DNA of 60,298 nucleotides, counting the filler, from Basidiobolus ranarum (Eukaryota), in NCBI GenBank assembly GCA_040143965.1. It is 14 parts of 14 records of this genome, joined end to end, with 100 filler letters (N's around TTAATTAATTAA, not from the genome) between each part and the next. Parts side by side here need not be neighbours in the genome. Positions count along the whole stretch, not along the records: positions 38,893 to 43,100 come from JASJQH010008944.1; positions 43,201 to 47,405 come from JASJQH010008946.1; positions 47,506 to 51,703 come from JASJQH010008947.1; 11 more parts are not named here. The stretch is one strand, 5' to 3'. The notes under the pieces are model-generated. The model worked only from the letters and a program-made list of their open reading frames with translations, did no database searches and was not told where the DNA came from. This document shows positions 39,131-51,310 of this stretch, piece after piece. How positions within the stretch are numbered: the stretch's first letter is position 1; each line of letters opens with the position of its first letter. A program made the translations under genes and the position numbers.

Positions 39131-40410
39131 TGTTGAAATTAGCATTGCCTAAACACCTATATAGTCATATATAGCTTAGTACTTAGTTATTTTATAACTC
39201 ACCATGTTGTTATCCACTATTTTCAATTAGAATTTATTTGGAATATTTTACCAACTTACAAGTTCTCAGATATATAGATTTTTCAAACTTGTGTTAGAAG
39301 CCCCAAGCTTTGAACACATGTTCCTGGGACCTTCCTTAACTGATCCTACATGTTTGTTTGCTGACATCTTGACAAAACCATAAAGTCAACTTTCTACTCA
39401 ATTAGTCAATAAGTGAAAACCACCAATTCCTCTAATTCTCTAAACCACTTCCAACAGGCCCCCAAATACTTTAACAGGTTATGAGCCCTGAGCTTGCACT
39501 CTCTGTAATGCCTACTTCTCACATCTACAGAACTTTTCCCTCTTCTGAATAGTTGAATGGTACCAATTATCAAGTTTTGAAAATTAAAATGAAAATGCTG
39601 CTGCAAGAAAAAGGACTTTGGTATGCTGTTGCAGGAGAAGAAAGCAATACCAAATTATCCAAAACAAAAATTTTGCCCTAAGCAAAAAAAAGAACAAAGT
39701 GCCTTTAACATAAGTTGTCTTAATGTTAAAGACAAATTGAAAATTCAATGTTCAAGAGCTATAATTGCAAAGAAGATATGGAAAACCTTGGAAGACTCCT
39801 ACCAAATATGTTCTGCTGCCAACAAGATGTTTCTAAGAAGACAATTTTTTAACTTAAAGATGAAGCCAGGAGAAGCCATTCAATCACTAATTAATAGGGT
39901 CACTGTTTTAGTGGATGAAACGGAATGCATTGGAGTACCTACCACTGTACAACATATCAAAGTTAAAGTCCTGATTAGCCTGCCACACAAGTCTCAGAGC
40001 TTAGTAATGGTGCTAAAATCAAGTACTGAAAATTTGACCATAAATTATGTGTTTAGCACACTTGTGGATGAAGATTTATGCAAATCAGGACTCAACCAAA
40101 AGAATCAGGAATAGGCTTTAATAGGCTGTGGGAAACCTTCCAATAATGGTCAAAGGCTCTTTAAATAAAAAAGTAACACATTTTGTGAATATTGTAACAG
40201 AACTGGCCATTTAAGCAAAGTTTGCTTTAAAAGAATAGCAAAAGAGGAAATACATACTAAATCTGGAAATGTACTTCCAACAGAAGATAACTTGTGGATA
40301 TCTGCTCAATCTATGACTACCAACAAGGATTCTCTGATGTGGTACATTGATTCTGGAGCTTCCCTACATTCCACAAATGAAAAACATTGGATTGTGCAAA
40401 ATGAACCCCG
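39131..40410 (+). mobile_element. Ty1/Copia 5' LTR (39131-39476), PBS, gag, zinc knuckle and protease start, degenerate
   Basis: TGTTGAAAT...TTTAACA, gag FLRRQFFNLKM, CEYCNRTGHLSKVC knuckle, WYIDSGAS protease motif. Confidence 0.92.
39477..39490 (+). promoter_or_regulatory. Primer binding site complementary to the anticodon arm of initiator tRNA-Met
   Basis: GGTTATGAGCCCTG directly after the LTR; reverse complement CAGGGCTCATAACC matches the yeast tRNAiMet anticodon arm as I recall it. Confidence 0.85.
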
Positions 40411-40769
40411 ACAAAAAAAAATTGATAAAAGTGTTTAGGGAATTTGTAGGTGTTTTGGACAAGATTTGGATTTGTGAATTAGACAATTATGTTTTATTGA
40501 ATTGAATATGTACTGTTTATAGTTTACTATGAAATAGGACTATTGGATATGCTTAGTTCATAACAAACATGCCTGTTAAGCATGGCTGAAAATTTGAGGT
40601 GATTTGGAGAGGTTTTGAGAAAAAAGTTAAAATTGGTAAAAGTGATCTAATTGATATTTCTATCAATTAGAGCAATAAACACATGTTTTTGAATGACAGA
40701 TTGAGTGCTAAATAATCAGAATATGAATAAACTAATTACTAAATAATTAGTTGCTATTTACTTAATTTC

Positions 40770-43100
40770 TACAAAAATTGATTTGATCTGGATTGGCTCC
40801 ATGCTCTGAAATAGCAAAACCATCAGAGAACAGTCACAATAGTGGTGGCTTGCATTCTGCCAGAAATTTTGATGGTGTGGCCTTGGTTTTTTGATGGTAT
40901 TTTGATAGTATTCATACATGTTAAAATATTGATCCTCAAATTTGACATGTGTATTCAATATTTGGCAATTTTTGCAAAAATATCATTTTTGAACAGCAAG
41001 TTGCTGGGTTTACTGCTGTAGGAATTCAAATTAATATGCATGGTTTTATTTAGATATTTTAGTCTTTGTAATCCAGCCATAATGAGAATCAAAAAAGACA
41101 ATAATCTTGTTGTGTTTAGTCTCTACATATGCACATACTTGACTGAAGTGACATAACTCAGCAATATCAATATGCTTTACCAGCAAACTAATGTTAGAAA
41201 ATTTGCTAAATATCTGAAATTTTAAATAGCACTGTCACTTGGTAAATAGCTGACTGTTGTTACCATTCACAATGAGAATAAGCTCTTTTGATTTTGGCAA
41301 ATTTCTGTAAAGAATTTGGCCAATATATCCTCAAGTTGCAGTCAACAATTGTCCTGCCACAAGTAGATGTGTCATTGGTTGAATAGACTACCCCATGGCT
41401 AAAACAATAATATTGCATAACTTGATCCATCTCATCAAGAAGTCTGTCATGCAGCTGTCCTAAAAATACAATCTGATTATCAAACAAGCAAATTAGTCCT
41501 ATTATAGAGGTACTTACTCTGTGTCCATGCATTGGGCTTTGTTGCTGTTATTGTGCTCAAACATTGCAAAACCTGTGAGCAAATTGAAAAAAGCCATTTA
41601 TTGGCTGATTAATATATTTCAGAGTCTTCTTAAATCATTGCATTACATCCATCACTGATTTTGCCAATACATTGCTAATCAGTTTGGCCTACAGTAATAC
41701 TGACAATTTCACACAGGGCATCATTTCACTGCTGGTGTGCTCCATTGCAAACTCCCAGAATGTATAGCTAGGGCCTATAATCTCTAAGCATTGTGAAAGA
41801 TGTTGCAGGGAATTTATTGAATACTGACATATATTCAGTGTACCTTCATTAAACCTGTGATAAAGTTATTCATATCCAATTACAAAATCTTTGCATAGTT
41901 GCTGTATCTGCCTGAGATCTGCCAAAGTGAGTTGATGCCATAAGAATATATTAAGAATATCAGCAAACAAATCCCAATGTTGCCAATACTTAGGAGGTAG
42001 AAATCTTCTCACAATTCCACCGGAATAAATGCAAATCCAATACTTCCAGTCTTTGCATTTGAATAAACCTGTAGATGAGTGGATATTGTGGGAGTTCAGG
42101 CAAAATATGATGGTAACTTAACATGTGCAAGCATTTTCCCAATTGCTTCAACCTTTGATCCTATCTCAAATTGCTTCTTTTATATTGAATTCTCCACTAT
42201 ATGGCCAAGTAGGTCATGTTGCAATGTTGTTGAATAGTAAGTGCATAGTGCCTAATGTGTGCAAGAATACATGACTTCAGGTTTTTCAGGTCACCAGTGA
42301 AAGCCCAATAACTGTTTGGACATGAAGGTAGTTTAATACTGAAGGATTATAAGTCCTCTAACAGAAATTTGAGGACTGCTATTGTAGGAAAACCGTCACC
42401 ATTTTAATCCATTTGGGAATGACCATTTATTTACCATCAGAAAATTGTCAAGTTATATTTGATTTTAATCATTTTTTCAGTTTTGAGAGTGAAATTTCAA
42501 GATTTTGCAAAATAGTTGCACATGATTGGCTGCAATATCAGAGAACTATGGATTAACACATGTGCAAAAAACATAACTCAAATTTTACACAATTACCACT
42601 TGAATGCTAATTTGTCACCTTCAAAATCCCTAGTCTCTTTGATATATTCTCCTGAATATTTTTATAAAATTTTTCATACTCAAGGTTTAGCTCATACCCA
42701 ACACAAGTTTGTATCAATATCTCCATCAAAGCCCACCATTGTACTATCATTGCTGAATCAACATTCTTCCAGCTATCTGGCAGATACCCTGCAATATTGT
42801 GCCACTCTGTATTACATTCTTCCCAGATATCTGCATGGTTAACAACAGACTGAATGTTAAGTTGAATGTTCTTCTTCTGAAGACACTTTCTGCATACTTG
42901 CACTACATTTTTCCCTCCATACTTTTGAAAATACTCCTTAAGCACCTTGACTATTTTTGTACATCCTTGTAGTGTGACACTATTGAGGGTGTGCTGGTGT
43001 CAGTTCATCCATATTACCTTATATGGAAGTCATGTTCTTTGGAACATTCCATGAAACCTAACCAATCATGTCATCCCACACATAGTGTATTTCCGCCAAG
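40770..43100 (-). mobile_element. Degenerate CACTA/EnSpm-like DNA transposon: ORF1 C-terminus followed by transposase
   Basis: KLPSCPNSYWAFTGD, KDWKYWICIYSGGIVRRFLPPKYWQHW, GPSYTFWEFAME resemble Tnp2/CMC-type transposase motifs; many stops. Confidence 0.72.
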
Positions 43101-44164
43101 NNNNNNNNNNNNNNNNNNNNNNNNNNNNNNNNNNNNNNNNNNNNTTAATTAATTAANNNNNNNNNNNNNNNNNNNNNNNNNNNNNNNNNNNNNNNNNNNN
43201 CCCTCTCTGACTGCTTTTCCCAAATCTAAATGCTGGGTGAATAGCGAGTTGGGGCTAAATGTGTGGAGCCAATGAGGTCATAGCCTGGAGAACATAAGGG
43301 AATTGGCAATGATGCAGTGTATAATTCCAAGACAGATTTGCGCCAGATAATAAATAGCACTGAGACAGGCTTTCCATATCAGTTGTATGATGCTGTAAAT
43401 TCTTCTTGAACAGCTAATAGGAAGACTAGAGAATGCTAACCCATAAACTGCAACATCTTTGTGTAAATTTGACCGCCTTTTTTCACTAAAGTCAGGCGAG
43501 TTAGTTATTGCGCTCACCAATCTGAACTATACCTGTCTTGATTACTGCTGAGAATATATGGAGTTGATAGACATATTACCCTACAGCACCGAAATCCTGT
43601 TGGTTGGGAAATATCTGTAGTCTGGAATTGGGTTATGTTTCATGCAAATTAGCCTCGAATTTTTCACCCTTTCAACCATATTGCTTCAAGAAGGATTGCT
43701 CCATACACTAGCACTCAAAACTGCTCCACTTTTCAACATGTAGCTTTACAAAGTACCATACTTTTGAAAACAGCAGTTAGGCTTACATACTGAGCTCTAA
43801 ATCAACTTGTCACCAAGGATTGGAAATTTTGAATTGGAGAAATTGGTTTTGGTCCAACAGGTTCTACACTTCTTTGCGGTATTATCACATATCACTTTCA
43901 TATACTCGACAGAAAAGAAGAAACGATCAATCTGATATACACTCTGCAGCATACACATCATCTAATACAAATAGAAGTTCCCATGGTTCAAAAGCATCCA
44001 TATATTGCTGCATGGTAAATCCTCTGTATGTATAATGTTAGCTGGGTGTGATCGGGCCAACCAGTGGCATGCTCCGATGGAAGACATTAGGCAGTATTGA
44101 ATTTGCAAATAGCATGCTGTTTCGGACTTCTAACACTTTCCAGAGTTGCTTTTAAGCTACATAA

Positions 44165-44301
44165 AGAAAAATCTATATATCTGAGAACTTCTGAGTAAAT
44201 TCCGATTCAGAATAGTGAGTGATATCTTAGTGAAATATGGAACAACTAAATATTAAGTTATATCTGACTATATAGATGTTCTGGCTATGCTTATTTCAAC
44301 A
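44165..44301 (-). mobile_element. Copia-family LTR fragment
   Basis: AATCTATATATCTGAGAACTTC...TTTCAACA homologous to 598-749. Confidence 0.75.
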
Positions 44302-44699
44302 ATAGCTTGTGATGTATTACCAATCTCCCTCTCTGTGTCTATTTTATTATGTATATCTCATCTACCTTAACAAATAGTAACTGTGTTGCTACTGATTATA
44401 AAAGACTATGTACATGACTACTACCAAGATGCTGCCTATTTTTGGACTTATTAATAGCTGATTTGCTAACCCAAGCATTGTCCATCAGTCAAATTATTAG
44501 TGATCCATTCCTTTACTGCTTGATATCTCACATTGCTACTTAAGTATGAAGATAACTAGTGAATCTTTTGGTTTTTTGTTTATCATAACAGAACAACTCT
44601 CATTCATCACACAGTGTCTTATACCAATACAATATCATCTCTCTAGTTTTCACTTGCAAGCTTTGTTGTGTAGCACTCAGCAAACACTACACCTGGCTG

Positions 44700-44920
44700 C
44701 CAAGAAAACTCAGATATATATTTTCCAAGCTTGTATAAGAAGCCCAAAGCTGTGCACACATGATCCTGGGATATTCCTTAATTCATTCTATACATTTGTT
44801 TATTTACTTCTTGAAAGAACTATCAATGTAAACTTTCTGTTCAATAAGTCAACAAGTGGAAAACTGCAATTTCTCTAGATCTCCAAACTACTTTCAACAG
44901 ACCCCCACAATACTTTAACA
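44700..44920 (+). mobile_element. Copia-family LTR fragment, diverged
   Basis: Colinear with 39260-39476, ends TACTTTAACA. Confidence 0.7.
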
Positions 44921-45327
44921 CATACCAATATCTATGCTAATCTTTATGGAAAATGAATGCAGGTTTTTCATGCAGGAGTGTCTTGACTTAATGGGGGTAT
45001 ACTCTGTACATTAGAGGCAACTCATGTTAGTGTTTTAGTTACATTATTCTTAAGAGAAAATGGTGACTTCTAATTTAAATAAATAAGTCAAATATTTGTA
45101 ATATTCCAAAGTTAGAGTAATAATGAATAACAGATGAGTAGAGGTAATGAGACATACTGGTTATATAGATAGAGAGATATTCCTATTTAGAATATGGGCA
45201 TTATAGATATGTTGCTTTCTGTTTCTGATATATTATCACAGCAAAAGTGAACAGAGATGTTGAATGAATATCAATTATCCAACTGTTTAATTTTGTCAAC
45301 TTAGACTCTACTAATGGTTTAGTTTAG

Positions 45328-46067
45328 TGCTGTGCACCAACACACAAAGTTAGTTAACTTATACCCTCTCTATACAACTTGCATAAGTTTCTGCTTAGTT
45401 TATTGCTATTGTTATCTAGCAGCCTGATCTTATCCAGTATCTCTATCATGTGACTGATCATATTACCTACTATCTATTATCCCATCCCTTTTTACCAGAT
45501 CATATAACCTATTGGAAGATCATCATCTAATCAGTATTAAGTGCTGAGTCATCCACCAAGATACAAGTCAGTATGAGTCACAAGAATTATAACCATTGAT
45601 CTTTCACTGTAAAGAGTTCAGCTGATGCATTAATCCCTTGTATATCTATCTAGCTAAACAGTTGTAATATCTTTTATCAGAGTTAGTCATCATTAATCCT
45701 GGCACTAACTAATTTACTTTGCCAACAAAAGTATAAATAAAGCTAACTGAACCTTTTGGTTTAGTGTGTTTCTTAACAAAAAATTTGATTTCAATACTTC
45801 TCAGTATGTCTCAACAAATTCAATGTTCCCTACTCATTTCTAGTAAAGCCTAGTATCTACTAGTATATAGAGAACACTAGGCCTAGCTGCCTAACAAACC
45901 TACTCTCTACTGTAACTAGTAACTCACTGCTATTCTTGGCACATATATTAGCTAGATCTGCTCTGTTAATACCTCCAGCTTATATAGTTCTAAGATTCTG
46001 CACTTAACTGTTTCTTTGCCCCAGTAGAGTACAAGACTTTTTATCTACTTTTCTCTTGGACACACCA
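45328..46067. mobile_element. Solo LTR of the second LTR family, 740 bp
   Basis: TG...CA ends with perfect 5-bp TSD TTTAG (45323-45327 and 46068-46072); homologous to 30707-31445. Confidence 0.88.
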
Positions 46068-46072
46068 TTTAG

Positions 46073-47200
46073 TAAAGCTCAACAGAAGAATGAAGAAAAG
46101 GCTTTGATAGGCTATGGGAATCCTTCCTATGATGGTCAAAGGCACTTTAAGAAAAAAGCAACATAATCTGCAACTTCTGTAAAAGAACTGCCCATCATGC
46201 ACATATTACTTAAAATGAATTGCAAAAGAAGAAAAATGTACTGAATCTGGAAATGTGGTCACAACAAGAGATCACTTGTTCATATCTACTTTATATTAGG
46301 CTACCAATAAGCATTCTGATCTATGATATTTTGATTCAGGAATCTCCCAAAATTTCACAACTAAAAACTATATGTTTGTGTATTGTGAAGAAATCCCAAT
46401 CAGAAAGGTTTGCATGGAGGGTTAATGTACATTGGATGCCATTGGAATGGAACAAATGAAGTCATTTTAACTGGTGCATCTGAAGAGAAAGTATATAGTT
46501 GTAAGCATATATAACATATTCTAGTAATTGCCAAGAATTTAATATATGTATGCAAAGCCACTTCAAAATGGCCAAAATTTAATTTTGACAAATTAGGATG
46601 CACCATCAATGATCCAAATAGATTTTTATTGATATTGGGAGAAAAGGATCAGAGCTTGTACAAATTTACATACAATCCAAAGGGTTTATTTGTATATATA
46701 TGTTATTCCATTCAAAAACTACTCAATTTGGCATAATAGATTTAGCCTTTTTAGATTTGATTATGTGAGCAAAATGAACAACAATTGTCTAGTTTCTGGA
46801 ATTCAAATTAACTCCCCCCCAACCAAAATGAAAATTTGTGAGGGTTTTATATGTGGAAAACAAGCCAGGCAACCATTCAAAGGCTTGGTTTTAATCAAAC
46901 CTGTCAAAAAGTTGTATTAATTCATTCAGATTTGTGAAGACCTATGCAATATTTATTCTGAGGTGCAAAAAGAGATTCAGTCTCTTTTATTTAAAGCTAT
47001 AACAGACACACTTAGGTCAACTTTACAAAAAAAAAAAAAGTAGCTCTCTCTGTCTTTAAATATTTTGAAACTCTTGTGGAGACTGAAACTGGAACTAGAA
47101 TTCAGAAAATATGTACTAATAATGGTGAAGAATATACTTCAACACTGTTTAATCACCTTTGCAAAGCTCATGGAATCAAGCAAGAAGCTACTGCTAATAG
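46073..47200 (+). mobile_element. Ty1/Copia gag-protease-integrase remnant
   Basis: CNFCKRTAH knuckle, WHNRF...CEGFICGKQARQPF pre-integrase region, IHSDL, ICTNNGEEYTS; start colinear with about 40090-40400. Confidence 0.85.
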
Positions 47201-47505
47201 GAGTTTTACTGGAAGTCTTTCTGACCCTACACCATACCAAGCTTGGTTTGTATTGGGAAAATATGGGCTGTTTGGAGGAACTTTAGAAAAGTGGAGTTGT
47301 GAATAGCTTTGTGAGATTATTATTTATTGACCAGAAATTAAGCATTTATACATTTTGGTGGAAATACAGAAAACTAACACTGGGGTTGTGTTCAGAACAT
47401 CTGTGNNNNNNNNNNNNNNNNNNNNNNNNNNNNNNNNNNNNNNNNNNNNTTAATTAATTAANNNNNNNNNNNNNNNNNNNNNNNNNNNNNNNNNNNNNNN
47501 NNNNN

Positions 47506-47612
47506 GTAAATTCCGATTGAGAATAATTGATAATATCTTAGTGAATTATAAGATAACTAAGTACTAAGCTATATATGACTATATAGGTGTTTAGGCAATG
47601 CTAATTTCAACA
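47506..47612 (-). mobile_element. Copia-family LTR end at contig start
   Basis: Ends GCTAATTTCAACA, nearly identical to 32488-32594. Confidence 0.85.
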
Positions 47613-49006
47613 ATAAGTTGAGCAAGATACATGAGTATGTAGGTACAAAATTGCTGTACCCAACTTCCAGAACTGAATACTGACTTTGGGCTAACTTCTT
47701 TCAAAAGCAAAAATAACTTTTGGATGCTTGAATATGGCTATTAATAGTGATCCAAATAGTATATTGTACTCCTAAGTATATGTTATAGGCATCTTTGAAT
47801 ATCCAAATATTAAGCAAAAATGAACACTTGTTTTTTTGGTTTGCCATTGTATGTTGTGGTGGCGCATTCAGGTGTTGGAGCTGCTATACAACTATTCAAA
47901 CTGTAAGTATAGTATTGCTTAAACTAATCACATAAGCAACTGCGGAAGAAAAATGCAGATTTAACATAAACAGGAATTGAAGTTTCATATTCACAAATAT
48001 ATTACACATACAAGGCCACACACATAACTTCAACAAAGCCCTTCCAGCTAGCGTGAACGATTTCTTTTATTTTGGAACAAACAACAGTGTTCATAACCTA
48101 GCTCTGAGCCGACCAAAAAACCAGTGCTAAGAATCTCTTCGCAAGTGCCACAAATACATAGAAAACCACACATTTCACAGAATGAACATCACTTTATGCT
48201 TTTCGAATACTACCTGTTTCGGATTGGTGAGAGAAAAGTAAACATCATCGAACCCTTCCATATTCGCACACATCTGCGACACACAATTATAATAAGCGGT
48301 TGTTGACATTCACTTGTTACATCCATGATACAGGCTTTGCATTACCATTTGAAGTAGCGCCTTCTAGTCACTCCATATGGCACTTAAAATAGTGCTAACC
48401 ATTAGAAAGGAATCTGCAGCTCTGAGCCAAAAACCAGTGTGGAATGTTCGCTATGATCATGATCATCCACATGGTAATTTGTCTCATTGAATGTATCAGA
48501 AAGCAGAGTGCCCCTTACGGTTAAATGAAGCTAAATATGGATCATCGTATCATCATCCAGACTGATATATTCGTGAATCTTTGTATTGTTACACATCCTG
48601 ATTCTCAATTGATGGAGAGAATTTTTGAGGACGTATGCGCACAAATCTAATATTCTCTTCAAGATTCAACAAATGGATCTCTCTGCCAATCAAGGATCGA
48701 GTTGGGATGAGAAGTATCAGCTGATGAATGGCTCGTCTATCCAATCAAATGGGCGGTGCAAGAAAAGTGGCCTGAAGAAGCCGTCTAATTTCGACTACTT
48801 TTCTAGCTCATCAAAATCATTTTAAACACTCACTCGGGCTCAAGTCGAAGTTTGTCAATCCACTTCATCTAAACTGCAGCTTTTGTTTTCCGCACTACGA
48901 ATATAGCAACTCGATACCAGTTTTTTGAAGTAGGGTTTTTGAGTATCGTAAACCAATTTCGACACCAAACGTCATTTCAACGTGTCGTCTCATCGTTCAA
49001 AGTAAT

Positions 49007-51310
49007 ATGTATCAAAACCGCCTAAAGCATCGTCGGTCTAATTTGGGTCAATCTTCTCCTTCGCTAGGGCAAGAAAATTCCTTCTCACCACACTTCAACG
49101 CCTTCGATTCAGTAGTCAATTCTGCAGTTAATACGCCTTCTGAAGAGACTCCCAGTTTTAATTTCAATTATGTTAATCTTCCGACTAACAACGACCAACT
49201 CAACTGTATGCCTAAAATGGAAAACTTTGAAACTGAAGGAAACCTATACTTCGCCCCTTCTCTTCAAGCTACCCCCAATGCTACACCTGTAGCTTCTCCT
49301 GCATTAACTGGCATGAAGAAATTCATTCCCTCCAATCCAAATCTCGCACATTTGTCTAGACCCCCTTCCCCATATCAAAGCCCTTTTCTTCCACCAGGCT
49401 ATGGTCACCAGTTTAATAATTCTTTCCAACCTATGCCTTTCTCGTTAGATGGTGGTAACATGTTTTTAGGGCCTTCACAGCCACCTTCCCCAACTGCTAC
49501 GCCTATGGCTTCTCCTCCTCTTAATGCTGCTCAAGGCTTTGTTTCGCCTGGTCTTGGTGCCTTGTCCAAGCCACCTTCACCTCTTCAACAGCCTCTTCGT
49601 CATCCTTATTATTCTCTGAACTTTTCCAGCCCCAATTCGCATATGTCACAAAATACGCCGGTGTCTATTGATGCACAAGGAAATGTGTTTGCGATTCCCT
49701 CTCGCCCTGTTTCCCCAAGTGCAACACCAATGGCTTCCCCATCGATTTCTGCTATGCATCCTTATTTGCCTCAAGATATGGAAGCCTTATCGAGACCACC
49801 ATCTCCCTTGCAACAGCAACTTGATGGATCTTTCTTTAATATGAACAACGCTGGAGCCTCTCATCAGTCCCTACAAACTGTCTCTATTAGTGATATGCTG
49901 GCACTTGATAGCGTAGGCGAGCCCTCGAACAACCACCCTGGAGGAAATCCTGAATCAGTATATTCTCACTTTTTTGGAGAGCAAAATGTAAATAGCTATG
50001 AATTTTGTTCTTGACGCAAACCCCATCTAACTTTTGCTATTTTGATAGTACGCTTCGGTAAATTCCATGAACTTTCCCGATAATTCCGGGAAACCTAATA
50101 ATGTCCCTGCATACATCCACAATAGAAAGTGAGCTATCTCAGCATATTCAACTTGACTTCCAAATATCACTAACGCGCTATAAATTAGTAATTCGATTCC
50201 TGCTCATATCACAAGCTTCAATACTCCTCAAACTAACAACATTGCTGGGAAAGGGTATTTCGATTTTCTATATAATTGTATAAATTTACACTAATTGATG
50301 TATACTATTAGACTGCAAATTCGTGTCTTGGGAGTTCCTGAATCTGGCGCTAAATCTCGCGTAGAAACCCAAATTAAATTTTGTCTTCAGTTGGTAACTG
50401 ACCGTGGTGAAAAAGTTTCATTATGGTCCCATCTCCGTTTACCGGAATTTATGGTAGCTAAAGAAAAATTCAAGCGTAAAAATTCCAAAGGTATGTTGCG
50501 ATTATTATATATTTACTTCGAGTATGCACTTACCTGATATTAATTTCATTTTTAGACCAAACAAATCCTTTAGAACACAATGTTCTCAATTTAGAGACGA
50601 ATGTTATCTGTGCTACTGATATTACAAGAAAAGTTTATACATGTATATCGTGTGTGCAGCGTGAGGTTGGTGTACAGAAAGCAATACAAATACGCAATGA
50701 GTATGATATTTACCACTTTAATCCTAGAGAAAAAGAGCTCTCCGAAAGAAAGAAAGTAAAGTAAAAAATCAGCAAGTTAGTGTAAATAACACGCCTAACG
50801 CTAGTAGAGCCTCTTCACCCGTGAGTGAACTCGGAAATACTTTGCCAAATCTTAATCTGGATGATGAGCAAGTAAGTAAGCTTTTAGTCGACTCTACTCA
50901 GCATAATTGATAACTTACTTCCTCCACTCTGTAGTCCCTTCAACTTGAGCAACGGAAAATCCTACTATTCAACTGCAACGAGTTGGTTGATTTTGGCAGT
51001 GGTGATACGATTTTACCAGCACGTATTACGTGTTATTGTAGACATCACAATGAAAAAGTTGGATTCTGGTATGTTGTCAAGATTCTATACAAGCATCAAA
51101 TCTCTGACATTAACATGCTTATTCTTTTACAGTATTTATTTTACGATGAAGGACTATCTTGGGCAAGTGATCGCTACTGGAATATCCCCACCTATCATGA
51201 TTACTGATGACCACAAGTCTAACAAAGGAAAGGCAGCAAACCGAAAGCAAGGTAGAAGGTCGGAATACGAGATACCTGTTCGTAATTTTGATTTTGCACC
51301 ACCAAATTGA
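49007..51310 (+). CDS. Spt23/Mga2-family transcription factor, about 620 aa, 8 exons, DNA-binding domain only
   Basis: GAKSRVETQIK, CISCVQRE|RKRA, ILLFNCNELVDF, RITCYCRHHNEKVGF, SPPIMITDDHK; seven GT-AG introns keep the frame; TGA at 51308-51310. Confidence 0.88.
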
